A stretch of 64,000 nucleotides of DNA, from positions 1-64,000 of the forward strand of contig LVLI01000127.1 in assembly GCA_001687465.1 (NCBI GenBank), in the 5' to 3' direction. Origin of the DNA: Halocafeteria seosinensis. Its lineage: Eukaryota. Below are positions 38,301 to 50,988 of the stretch, piece after piece (the first letter of the stretch is position 1; every line of letters begins with the position of its first letter). Position numbers and translations under genes: made by a program. The notes beneath the pieces are model-generated. The model was not told the DNA's origin, ran no database searches, and saw only the letters and a program-made list of their open reading frames with translations.

Positions 38301-41300
38301 AAGCTGGAACCAATAGCACGCTGGGTGCGTGTAAGGACCCTCGGCACCCTTACTACACATCCATAACAAGGTGGTGGTCTCCAAAAGTCTGGCCACAGAA
38401 CCCCGTCGAGTTTTACCATCTCAGGATCGTCTTGACCCACGTGAATGGTTTGGAACGGCTCAGTTGTATCCTCACCAGCATCTAGATGTGGACAATTCTC
38501 AACCTTATCTACCGAGAATAATAGGCTTGGGAGCCATGAGAGCATCCCGCGCAGCAACTGACTTCGATTGTCAGAGTTAGCTTGGCATATGTGCTTGAAA
38601 AATTTCAGTGCCACGCATTCTGCGGTGTTACTGACTGGAGTGGAGGAATTCAGTGCGCAGACTACAACCTCACAGCACGCCTCCCAAAGCGCCAGGGCTG
38701 AAGTAGAGTTAGAACGCTGGAACGGAGTGAGGGAAGGATCCCTCAAGAGCTCCTGGATGCAGTGCAATTGAGCTTCAGCGACCCGGGTCGTGGAGAACTT
38801 GGGAGACGAGAGGGCCATGTGTGATGGTTTCCAATTCTTACATCCACTGTGAAGAGTAAATCTTGGGTAATTGCTTCGAAGGACTTCAACACATAAGTTG
38901 CGCAGCTCCTCAATTGACATGTAGGGCTGAATTTGTAAAGTATACTCGGCAAATTGTTTCCACAGACTCTGTTGACATTGTCGCAACACACAGACGTTCC
39001 TTTCAAAGTCAAAGTGCTTATCTGAAGGAAGGACTGATCTTCTCAGTAGGGATGACAAGTTGGAATTCAGATCGAAAAACGCAGTTTCGATATCACCAAA
39101 AATTTGACAGAATTGTTGAAATTCTAATGCTTTGTCTAGCGCTCTTTGCTTGCTTCTTGAGGCCGGCATGCCGCCTGAGATGCGATCTGTCAGTCCCACT
39201 ACCTTCGACGCGATCCCTTGGGAGAACGATGTAAGTATTAACGTAACGAGATCACAAAAGTGTTTGCAGCTTAAAACCAATAGATGCTCTGTAGCTGTAC
39301 TTAGGTACTGATTCGTCCAACTGGCAATGAGACAGCCTAATAAAGCCTCCAAGGCGTATGGCGATATCTCATAATTACTTGTGTACCAGGTTACAAGCTT
39401 ACTGGTATACGATCTGCAAGTTGCTCCACCGTCGCCGTTCCTGGTTATCGGTACACTTGGTGAGAGTTCGGAGGTCTCATTCTGAAAGGTAGCCTCAAGG
39501 GTCCATAGTAACGTGTAATACGCTTGTAGTAATACCGTCGTCTTTTCCCAGTCTTCATGGCACTCAAAAATATTCCGCCCAATGAAAGCAGAGGTCTTCG
39601 ATACTTTAGTATAGCAAGAGTCACGGTTAGAAAACGCCCACGCGCTCTTCGAAAAAATACTAAGGATCGCCTCCATTAGCGCAGGAAAATGCCAGAGTGC
39701 TAGTATGCTAGGTGCACGCCGAAGTTTGCACAATGCCGCAGCTAACTCTTTCCCCGTCTTACTGCATTTGTGATACGGAAGAATATAAGCATCTTTTGAT
39801 TCGAGTTTCATCATCGGCGCATTTGTGATCGTGGCATCAAATATTGTTTGCAGGATCGAAACATCGCTACGATGATTGCCTAAACACGCGATCGAACAGG
39901 TGATGTGGTTATCGTCCTGCACCGACAGTAGTGAGCTAAGTCTTCCCGTTGAGGGTTTCGCGCTTTCACCGCTCTTTGCTTTCCTTCGTTTCTTTGCGTC
40001 CGAAGGCGACCACTCTTGAGATTGCGTGTCGGGAACGGCATGCAGCGACCAGAGATAAGAGGCTGGTGCAATGTCGCGTTCGTATGACGCGAGCAAGTAC
40101 CTCGGAATAACATTTGTTGGGGCTCCTTCATCACCGTAATCTTTCTCTTCTGGAAGATCATTCAGGGTACTGGACACTGCCTCGGCCATTGGACTATTAG
40201 TTGGCCTCGGTACACCCGTGCGTTCAACTTCAGCAATGGGTTCGAAGCACGTCAAATCGTAGGTGCCTGGAGGGATCATCGCTGAATCCTTCAAGTTTGA
40301 ATGAGGCGAGATCTTGGTCGTCGTCAGCGGTAGGAAGCAGAAACAGAGGGGGAATGAATTCCCTTTTGTCGATGACACGTGTTGAACCTGAAGCAGAATA
40401 TGTACTTCCGTTGCCGCAATATGATCCGGGAGAAGGATAGTCACTGTCTCATCGAAGTAGGGAACGTTAGAATGATAGAACACCGTAGAAAAATACTCAT
40501 ATTTCGACGGGGAAGCGCTAAACGTGCCATCAATAGCCAAACTAAGATGGGGATAAAATATACAGGGAAGCACCTCACCACCCTGATGTACCACTCGTAT
40601 TCGTGCCTGAAGATTCAGCTTTGCGCGTTTACTGCCTTGAGAAATCTGGCACTTGCCAAGTTTAAAATAAAACTCATTCGCATTCACATCGCTGCCTACG
40701 CAATACGGTGGAAACTCCGGGACCGATCCCTGTTGCAAAAACCCTGTCGAATTTGCCTCCTTCAGTACCTGCTGCCACCAATACGTAAACCCGACACCTG
40801 GCCACGACTGTTCGCCTTTAACTACCATACTGTCGTTTGCTGTAGATGTCAAATCTCTGTTGGCCATTACAGAGATATCATCCAGATCGCTCTTTCGCAA
40901 ACATTCACTAACGAAGCTAGCGGCACAAGCCTTTATAGTACGGTTGTTCACAGACATGTGAGCCTCCGGCATGTGCTTTCTCGTAGTCGAATTGCCTTGA
41001 TACGCGCGAGCGATGAGGCTGAGCTGCGAGCCTGACGGCCATACAGTCAGAGGCAACGTACTCTCGCTAGAAAGCAAGTCTGTCACGAGTGTAGGCACAC
41101 TCTTTCGGAAAGAATCTGATGAAGCCCACAAGCACTCTATGCGCTCGTGCACAGCAGACTCTAACGATGTGGTATAGTTGTGACATGGATTTCCTTCACT
41201 ATTGTCAGTGTCGGTTCTCACGATTGTATCACGATAAGAGTCCCAGAAGTAAGAAAGCGACACTGTTCTTAGCAGCTCTTGCGAGGCATTGGCCTTCGAG

Positions 41301-44300
41301 ACCAACAAACTTTCTGACACATTGTCTTCGGATTCGTATTCCTTCTTCGCACTCTCTTGATGTTTCCGAGCCAGGAAGCTACCGATATCAAAAAAGAACG
41401 ACTCTTTGCTCTTCGTCGAGCAAACAGGAAGAATAGGATCTGCATGTAGTCTCACCATACTGAGCGGTTCTTCAGGTGTGTCTCCGTTGACAGACAACAA
41501 TGTCTCAGTATCAGTCATGTCAAGCCAAATATGGCTCAATCCCGTGAAGGCAGGCCGTCGGAACCGGGCATTTTTGATCTGTTGACCTAGCCATCCGGGA
41601 AGATACTTGTCGTCGTCATCCTTTATATCCTTGGGAGAGCGACTGACCGACGCTTGGGGAGTAACAGCTTCGTCCTCACTACCAGTTTCCGAACCTTCAG
41701 CCCCGGAAACATCGGAGAAAGTGCGGGCCCCGTCAGATGAACGAGAGAACGATCCTTGCTTTGCCGGAGATTGAATTCCTGTGAGCGTCTTCTGTCGTTC
41801 TTTGACTCGCTGAACTGCTCGGTTCCTTGCGGTGCGAGATGACAAAAATTGCCTTATTCCTCCAGAGCTGATACGTAAGGTACCGATGCGAAATATCTCG
41901 CAGCACAGGTATGTCTTTCCTTCCATTAGGGGTTGGGCTGGAATTTGGTTGAACACTATTTCGATTCGATGACTGTTGCACCGCAACGATCCTTTCGAAT
42001 TATTGTCTCGAGGAGTTACAAGTTGCGAAAGGCTCTGGATGAACTTCTTCCCTTGCTGGGTCGCATCTTCTGCACGTTCTACTAAAATATTGACGTCTGC
42101 AGAGTCGCTCAGGTGTTGAAGCGCATTTACTTGGGGATCCCATACATACAGACAAAATCTCAGCTCGTATTCATCCGAGACTGCCGGCCATTCTCTTCCA
42201 AGATCTACTTCAACCCTTGCATTTAATACTTGGAGACTGTTCAAGCGGTTCTTTATGCCAACGCTCTCTGAGCTTAAGTTTTCACTTTTACGATTCTTGT
42301 CCAGTAGCATTTCGTTGGCTAATTTGTTGCGTTTGAATAATATATCAAGAAGTAGAACGGTCAAGGCATTGTCAGAAACAGTATCTATAGGAACAAAAAA
42401 AGATCTTTGCAATGCTTGGAGAACTTCACTCTCTACTTGCTCCCGTTGGCATAGTCCTGACATGGACCCCAGCCAGCCGACAACCTCTTTGATGGTGCCC
42501 CCAATTGAAGTTAGCCGGGCGCTGTGACAGATAGTGGACATCAAAAAGGAATGCGCCAAAGGTCTTTCAACTAAAGCAATTTTTTGCCACGTGTTTTGCG
42601 CCAGCCTCCTGTGCAAATCTGCTCTCGCAGCTGCTTCTTTGGCTAACTCTGCGGATGTATCCTGCCGCTTCAATTCCGTTTCTCCCTCAACACGGTCAGA
42701 AGTATCTTCGTTTCTTCCTGGTCTCAAGGTGTTGCCACCATTGGCATCTCTACCGAGTCCTGCTGATCGATCCAGAGACAGAGCATTCTTGGAATACGTT
42801 CTAGCCGAAACCAAGGCAGAGTAGCATTGTAATATCAGTTCTCGAAACGAAAGTAGAGCTCGATAGCATTTCATGTCACAGTGAAAGAGACGAACTGAGT
42901 CCAAGAGTCTGCAGAGCGACATTATTGATCCTTGACAAACTGAAGAGTTCTTCGGTCCGCTTGATCTCCCTTCGGAGTCGGTGGTTTCCGCAGCGTGAGC
43001 GATCCATTCATACGTGGAGTGTAGTTGAGAAGCTTTTTGGGTAATAGCGGGTGATAAGGTGCGGAGTGAGTTCTTTTCCCGGGCGAGTATAGTAACAAAA
43101 GACGACGATACAAGACCTTTCTCGCGCCAGCAGTTACACGAGGCAGTGGTCGATAAATTTGGTTCCGCATGGTTTCCGAAACTCTGTCGATCGGACTCAC
43201 GTATCGCTCCCGAGATACGTTTCTCCACATTTGGTAGGCAATCAGGGCATTCGGAAATAGAAGAGGAATCAGTGCTATGATAAACGGTGCCGTAGTACCA
43301 CGTTACGCCCTTAAATGCATCAGCGCTCTCTGTGTACTTTGCATGAAGGAAGACTATTTCGCCAACCCGTAAGGAGGGGACATGATGCTTTGGCTTCCTC
43401 CAGCTTGTCTCTTTTACTGATCCTTCGTGCGGGCGTGTGACTGTAGAGACAATTTATGATCGAAGAATAAAAACACCCTTCTGAACGACGCAGCATGTTC
43501 TCCGCTTACCTAAGCCTATGCTATTTAGTCTATGCCATCGCTTTCGTGACTTCTTAAACGTAGGCTTCCCGTTAGGATGCTGCCTGCTTTTATTCGGTGA
43601 GTTTTTCCTGTTCCTATCTGTTGGCATTACAACTGAGGCCGATCTTTGAACATTTTGAAGGAGGTTTTGGCCAGAACGTGACCTGCGAGTAGAGAGCAAA
43701 GATGTTCGAGATCTTTGTGGAACTTGCGGTGAAAATAGGCTCTGCCGGCGTCTGTCTATGTCTTCCATAGTAGCGCTATCGAGCATTTCGACCCGTGGGT
43801 GACTTTTATCAATGTTTTCTTCCGTTGACAAAGCCATAGACCAGGTAGTAGCTCGTCGATGAAAAAACCCCTCACTTGAGTCCTCTTCGCGCGTACCATT
43901 TGAAATGTATGATGAAGATGATGGAGAGGGTCCTTGCTCGCTGTATTGAAGAGGGCGTCCATCAGTATCATAGCCTACTACTACTTTTTGCAAAGGCGAA
44001 GAGTCGGTGATGATTGAGGAGGAAGAATCTCCTCCTGTGCCTTCTGCGTACGCACTGCTCCCTGCAGCTGCATTGTTGAAGCCATTCGCGTTCCAATTCC
44101 CAGTCTCTGAATGAGGCGGCGGCGGCGGAGGTTCCAGAGGGGGTGGTGGCGGTGGTGCTTTCTTTTGATTAACTGACTCTGACGTTCGCGAGGCACCACC
44201 GTACTCTATATGGTGTGTATGCGGTGAAAAATCCCAGTCTGCGCTACTGATGGTTGTGGTTGCCGTCATGGTGGAACTCGTGCTGCTTCTACTCGTAGAT

Positions 44301-44422
44301 TCCTCGTAGCCTTGGGGTGATTCCCGTCGTCTGAAGTACCAATCGCGTTCATCTTCTTCCATGTCATAATACCGAGTTGCCCGCCGACCGGCTGTATCGC
44401 TACGGGGTCTCGTATCAGCCAT
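35369..44422 (-). CDS. DOCK-family Rho/Rac guanine nucleotide exchange factor, 2 exons
   Basis: Intron 43441..43509 joins ORF 43454..44422 to the 2619-aa frame. DHR-1 C2 (YFSTVFYHSNVPYFDETVTILLP..HILLQVQHVS..FCFLPL) and DHR-2 (LNPFENAIEMLVDKN..LRGVLDAAVAGG). Confidence 0.9.
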
Positions 44423-44879
44423 ATCTCTCCGATAAGGGAACGATACTCAGTCCTCTATTGCTCCCAGGACCTCCAGCATCGCTGCCTGCACTTACTTAAA
44501 GAACAAGCAAATGAAGATGCATGCGTTATCAATTCTTGTACATTATATACTACATGCTTGCAAATATAAACAATCAGAAAAAGTCTCTCACCCTCCAAGT
44601 TGAAGTAGGGGTGCGGCTCAGGACTTACATTCCCACCTCTGCTGAAGAATGCTGTTGCGATGGCGACGGACCGATCGACTAACGACAACTCCAAGCATTC
44701 AAAGAAGAGAATGCCACACAAACGACTCAGACTTGACAAGTAGTAGAATGGAGAACGACATACGCATGGCATGGGTCAAATCAAATGCCCAGACGGAGTG
44801 TGAGATGCATGATGGTGATGCGTGCTTGGAGACCCGCGAAGCGGCCAGTTGTATGCACTTGATAGCAAAAGGAACATTG

Positions 44880-45180
44880 AGCACACTGTTTCAACGCGTT
44901 AGTGTCAAACCTCTCATAGGAGACAGATTAGCCAGGACAACAGAAAATTCCTCACCATCGGAGAAGACGAAATAGCCGAAATAAGATCCAATCTGCACAA
45001 CAATTAGTCCGTTCCGTTCGAGGCGACGAGAGGCTTCAGCGAAGACGCGATCAAGTTTCTGGAGAGGATACCGAGGAAAGCACCGGGGTCTCTGTGGGTG
45101 ACTAGGATCATAGGGAACTTTCGGAAGCTGGATCTGCCAAGACATTGATGCGAGGATGCTGGAGCGATTCCGAGTAGGGT
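44880..45180 (+). mobile_element. Probable decayed 3' fragment of an RLE-type (CRE-like) non-LTR retrotransposon
   Basis: Across stops and frameshifts the region reads VSVKPL..EKTK*PK*DPIC..PF / PFEATRGFSEDAIKFLERI / DARMLER, resembling the E..K..KY...C..FVPFAFETxGG..A..FL..NARML pattern. Confidence 0.4.
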
Positions 45181-45751
45181 TCACGCTTCACGGCTTAGCG
45201 TACCCGTGGGTACCCGTAGACTAAATTTCTTCCGGTATGTAGGAGCCAGACACCAAAGAGTGCAAGAATACTGAAAATTTCCTGTAACTCTAATAATTAT
45301 AAGAAATATGTGAACTTTTAATACACGTGTTGGCTGGTGTAAATCTTCTCTTTAGTGTTCCGTATTTCGGCGCCCTTCGTATATCGTAGTTGTTCACGTT
45401 TGTCCGAAACTTTATCCTCGCGGCTCGGCGTAGGGCGACACATGTGACAAGCCCTGACACAGGACATTTCAAAAAGTTTCAAAAGTAGAGTTGCCGTCAG
45501 ACCAAGCATTCGAAATGCCTCTCCTTGAGTTCTTACTTAATTTGTTCGGAACCCTCGGGCCGGCTGCCCACTGAGAGTTGTTGTGGAACACGGGCTACCA
45601 GTCCTCGTGCTGTATTTACAGTAGTGAATCTACTCGTTCATGGGCAACCCGAAGTGGTTATTCGATTATTCGGGAATTTTCATTATTCTCGTCTCTTTGG
45701 TGTCTGGCTAAGTGGTCTCGATTATTTCAGCTCATTGGTCGAGTGCCGAAG

Positions 45752-45931
45752 TTCCATCGATGTCCGACTGTCGAATTAAGACCTTCGGATGGAGCAAATT
45801 ATGCTTGTAGGCAAATACTGTTCTACCTTTTGTATCCCAAAAGCTGGAGCATACAAATGAATAAACAAAACCTATTCCAACGTTTGTTGGCTTGGGCCAC
45901 AGAGCTCCGGTCACTCACCTCTGCGGGCTCT
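45752..45931 (-). pseudogene. Partial duplicate (intron + flanking exon parts) of the GT54-like gene, direct repeat of 49551..49731
   Basis: Manual alignment gives about 13 differences in ~181 nt, including a 1-nt deletion (cttcggatgg vs cttcgtgatgg) that shifts the frame. Confidence 0.9.
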
Positions 45932-46198
45932 GTAAACGTATTGCTGTAGTTGATTACTAAACACAACAGAAAAATGGGCTCAACTCATCACACATGCTAT
46001 TGATGGTCTACGGACCCATGTGCACCATGAAAACTCCTGCAGTACTGTACTTCTCTGTCGCACATTTGTTAGGCACCCTAAGTGTAGCTCTACACCAACA
46101 TTAGTCTATTAGGATATGGCTACATGACAAAACTTGCATCAAGCAATACTTTTGAAACATATGTACCCCTTAAATTCGGAAGTCCTTCAGGACGTCGG

Positions 46199-47963
46199 TT
46201 ATGCCTGCAAACCAAGTTTACGCAGCATGTCATCCCTCGCTACAGTCAACTCAGTGCGGTTGACCCGTGACACATTACCAAGGTCCAGCAGAACAGCAGT
46301 CAGACTTTGTCCCCTCCCGCGGCGGTAGAAACCCACATGTCGCCACCACAGATCGTCGTGCCTCCAATCTTTTGCGGTGAAGTCGCGAATTGCACTCCTC
46401 ACTGCCTCTTTTTCTTCTTCCGTACCCGCCCCTTGGACTGCTTGGGGAATATAGGGCATCACAAGGACGGGGGAACCAGCCAATGTTTGCACCCGCACAC
46501 CGCGACCGATCTCTTCTGGTTGGGCGTTGCTCCAGCATTCTACCTCGAGTTTCATTCTTTCAGTAATGTCTCCACTGGAGCGATTGTGGGCGAGTTTTAT
46601 GGCACAAATTTGAAACTGCCGCGTGCAAGCCAGCCAAACTTGTCCTTCGATACCAATACCCAACAATTTTAGTAGATAGAACGAAATACAATTGCGGTGT
46701 GGGGCCGTAGGAGTCCACCAAAGTCGTTTTGTGCTCTTAGACAAGTTTACCCACCTCCATGTAGTTTTCCCCAGCTGTATGACGTCTCTTTGAAGTACAT
46801 TAAATTCTCGCTGGTCTATAGTCGCTCCAATCATTTTCCGCAGCACTGAACCGAGGATGAAGAGAATACTGGGATCATCATGCTGGAACACGGAGGAGCA
46901 ACAACATTTCCGGGGTACCCTTCGTTCAATGATCTCTTTTCCATGGTGAGATCTCTCGTTAGTTTGCTCCATGAATTGCTGAAAAAGTGGCCAGGTATGG
47001 CGCACCGGCTTTGTGCCGGTGGAATCAGAAGTTACCAGTCGGTCTACGTGTTCCGCAGCGGCCAACTCATTTGCCTCGGGGAGCCAGAAAACCTTCCATG
47101 ATTTATACGTTGTCACTATACAGAATGGTTCCACAGCACCGTGATAATTTTGTAACATTTTCAAGTGGTCAAAGGCACGGCCGCTAATGATTTCATCATC
47201 TTCCATTGCGTTACCTGGCTGACTCAGCGGTAGTTCGACGTCAATCATTCCGATTCCCTTGCCCTGGGAAATGATATGCATAGTGAATATGTTACCGTCC
47301 CAGTGTAGTTCTTGCAGAACAATAACATTTTGTACCTTCAAGCTCTCGATCACATCCCAAATCACGTGGTTAACTTATGTTGCTATCGTCCTCTCGTTGT
47401 ACAGGTAAGACTCCCGAGTTCCTGGTCCTGAAGAAAAGGGTCCAGACTTCAGATGATTGGGTTTCGGCGTCAAGATCGAGATTCGCAATGAAGTTAAAGA
47501 GCGCAGGAGTAGCTTCTGCTGCTTCATGACTTGAAAGCACCACGTCGCGGCTAGAGTTGTTTCTACTGCTCCATACGTCAGCTATCGGTGGGAGAGCTTT
47601 TCTATTGGCAATCGAATTCCTATACCGATCGGCTCTCTCTTGGTATCGAGCGGCTCTCTCCTTCAACATATCCGCTCTTTCCTTCAATGTTTCCCTCACT
47701 AGTTCTTCTCTCTCCTTATATAGCAGCACTGCCTCCCATAGAGCGGCAGGTACCCGGAGAACAGTCACAATAAACAATGCAAACATAATACTGCCCCGTG
47801 TCCTCTCGAGCAATGAACTGAAATAATTGAACACCCACTTGGGATAGCCCATAAACGCCCAGCCTAAAACCAAAGTGACGAGAATACCGAAAGTTTTCCG
47901 TAACGTTTTAGCATTTATGGGAGGTCCCAGGGAAGATTGACACCTCAACATTTTCGACTCCAT
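46199..47963 (-). pseudogene. Disrupted Crinkler/DUF5898-like gene: TM + coiled-coil header, degenerate PD-(D/E)xK-like domain, protein-kinase-like C-terminus
   Basis: Two ORFs in different frames, with a frameshift near 47395 and an in-frame TAA at 47375-47377. Motifs GIGMIDVELP, GRAFDHLKML, FCIVTTYKSWKVFWLP, LGIGIEGQVWLA..CAIK, VLVMPYI, HDDLWWRHVG and LLDLG. Confidence 0.7.
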
Positions 47964-48599
47964 TCCTGGTTACGGCATATTATACCCGATGGAACTAGCA
48001 GCACGTTCTCTCGGACACACCGTATGGTATTTTGATTTGTTTTTAGTACCGGTATAAATTCAATATTGTGATAACAAAGTTCAAAACTTCAATTTTGTGA
48101 TAACGGCACAAACGTTTCGTCATTTGTGTGATAACAAACCCCAAAATCCGCTTTGGGCTAGATATTGTAGATATACGCCAATGTACAATTGCTTGAATTA
48201 AATATACGGTTGTTTGAGGTTTACTCATCATACTGTAGTCTCAGTTGTTGCCAAATACTGTAGGTACAACCATACAGTATTCCGCATCCGCGCGCCAACT
48301 GCTGCAGCGAATTCAAATGGCGACGCCGCGGATGATGCGGATGCTGTCGAGTTGTTTGCTCTGAGGAAGAGCGAGCATACATCCACAACATGAGGACAGG
48401 TACCGAAACTGAAGAAGGGGAACCACGAGACCGACGGTATGTCAGCGTGTGATAAATACCAGGCTAAAAGTTTATTGTCTATGTTGGTTTGAGCTGGTCT
48501 CCAGGCTTATCCTGAAGAAGAAAGCCAGAGAGCATGCTAGTGAAACAAAAGAGACGGAACCTGTATGCCCCCGCCCATTCGCGGAGCTTAATCACAAAG

Positions 48600-48850
48600 G
48601 GGTCGGCTTCATTATACAAGAAAAAGACGGCTATCGAAGCAAGGAGGATCTTCTTATTCGAGCGAAAGAACTGTGCTTACTTATAGGGATCGTTCCGAAG
48701 GTGAAGTATAGCTACCTGACGTTTATAAAGCTCGTGTCCAATGATGAAGAAACAAGTTTATCATCAAAGGATTTTTCTCTCCTTCAGCATCAAAAGGGAG
48801 GCCATGGAAGGTCACAGAAGTTTACATTTCACAACAACTGCGCGCAGAGG
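48600..48850 (+). mobile_element. Possible decayed Mutator/MuDR-type transposase N-terminal DNA-binding fragment
   Basis: YRSKEDLLIRAKELCLLIGIVPKVKYS..KLV, then with frameshifts FSLL/ASKGRPWKVTEVY/HNNC, resembling F.SK.EL..A......G....V..S...L.C...WKVT....H.C. Confidence 0.3.
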
Positions 48851-49222
48851 GCGTAGGGGGCAAGCTGGTGGAAGAGCATTCCTTATTCTGCTCCGGATCT
48901 CGCTGGAATTGTTGCCAAACGACGATCACCGGTCCAAAGATCCGCTGTTACAGCTTCGGAGATCCGCGGCATATTGGATCCCTACTTGTGCGCTGGGATG
49001 GAAATTTCCGATTCTATGATTGCCAGAGTTCGAAAGCTTTCCAAAGGAAGTGTCGATGGTGACGAGGCGCCTTTACAGATATACCTTTTTGTCACGCTGC
49101 AATTTTAGCTGGCTCAATGAAAAAGCCCTCGTTCCACAGCATCAGGATAGGAGCCGCCATATGCTGCCGTTCTTCCTTCTATGAAAACGTCAATGATCGG
49201 GCTAGCATCGTCGGTACCACAA

Positions 49223-50988
49223 TCACCGCTTGCCGCGATAGCTCCGAACCCTGGAAGGGGCACCAGGGGCTGAGCGCAAACGTTGCGGAATTCCTCTGTT
49301 CTCCGGTTTTCTTGCTGGCGGGTTTGCTCTCGCAGGCTTCTGCGGTTTTGTAGCAGCTCGCAAGCTGGCTTCTGTTTCATTCTTCTTTCCCAGAGGAAGC
49401 AGAATATCTTGAGGCCAATCAAAATTGCGAATGTCCGAAGTAGGAAGACAAGGAGATATATCGTCATGGTTACAATCATCTTGATTAAACGCTTCTGGGG
49501 CAAAGAGTGTTTTCTTGTTTAAAACGTCGTAACACTTGGGTCCACTTGACTTCCATCGATGTCCAACTGTCGAATCAAGACCTTCGTGATGGAACAAATT
49601 ATGCTTGTATGCAAATATTGTTCTACCTTGTGTATCCCAAAAGCTGGAGCATACAAATGAATAAACAAAACCTATTCCAACGTTTGTTGGCTTGGGCTAA
49701 CGAGCTCCGATCACTTACCTCTGCGGGTTCTCTCCTGCAAACCATTCAACGATCAAATGATCTGGAGGGCGACGCCGGAAATGCTGCCGCATGTAGTTCG
49801 CCAAGACGGAAATGTCTTTTGCTGCTAATATGATTCCATTCATGGCAAACGAAACACGCAATGCAATCCACCCTTCATGGGACTGATTCCTGGCTGCTTC
49901 TGCCGTCAAACGCTTGGCATGCACGGCGAGGTGTTTTAGTAGACTAGAAGACAATTTGCGCGTCTCATTCCTTCTAATTCGTCGAATCTGTTCATAAACA
50001 ATATTTGCCTTCTTGGTAGCATTTCGAAGTGTTTCGAATGCATGCGGACAGGGTATGAAGTCATCTTCCATTAGCATAAAATACTCGGCCGAAAAGTTAC
50101 GAAGAAAGTGAGATGAAATAGTCAGTGAGCTGGACATATCCAGGGTCTGTTGGCGCACCTTGGCCCCAGGTTTATTTCGGGAGCCCAAATCCTTGCCTTG
50201 GGTTTCAGCGGGTCGAGGGTTGTCCACGATACTTACGTAGCTGCAACGGAAAGCTTATACGAAATAGATAGAATTAGTCTGCAAGCTGATGATGATTATA
50301 TAACGTCTACATACAAGCTCTTCGAATTATTCACCAACTTATGACGGAGTTCGTCTAGGTACCGATGACTGACGTTGTGACCGCTATTATCAATGACAAG
50401 TAGCCGAACGCGGCCGAACAGCGGGTGTGAGGGAGTACGCGGAAGTTGGGCCAGGAATGAATTCACCGTGGGTCCTATGTAGTCTACCTGCATTTTTCGA
50501 TTAGTGCGTGCCATACGGGGAGTGGTCGGTATCCCTATCAAAAGCCATGGCTTTGGTGGACTGCGATGGTAAAAGGCTGGCATCTGGCCCCTCTGACCTG
50601 AGGCCTTGACGGTGCTTGATCCATGGATAGCAGGGTTGTGCTCGCGTGGTTGAGGGCCTTGACCCTGAGGAAAAGTTCGCTTGATGTTCCCCAACGATGA
50701 ATTCAACCCGGTTTCCTTATTCAAAGCATCTCTCCATCGAATCACTGTAAGTTGCGTCTGGGCGGCAGACGCCGAAGCCGGTAGTTGCCACGCATAATGC
50801 TGCATGCGTACCAAGATTGCTACCGTGAACACCACTATCGCCGCGAGTAGAAACTCCATCAGCATGAATCGAGGCTGTAAGCATCGTGACAAGAGGTAAA
50901 CACATCTGGAAGGCTCCTCTGTCGGCGCTTGTTTGTCGTCGGTGAGGGGAGACGCCCGTACATGTCCATTTCCATTTTCTTGTGTCAT
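49223..50988 (-). CDS. Type II membrane glycosyltransferase, GT54/MGAT4-like, 3 exons
   Basis: N-terminal TM anchor, WLLIGIPTTPR..DYIGPTVNSFLAQL, EYFMLMEDDF (DxD-like), RRPPDHLIVEW and YKHNLFHHEGLDST. Introns at ~50241..50312 and ~49644..49718 join the ORFs. Confidence 0.78.
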
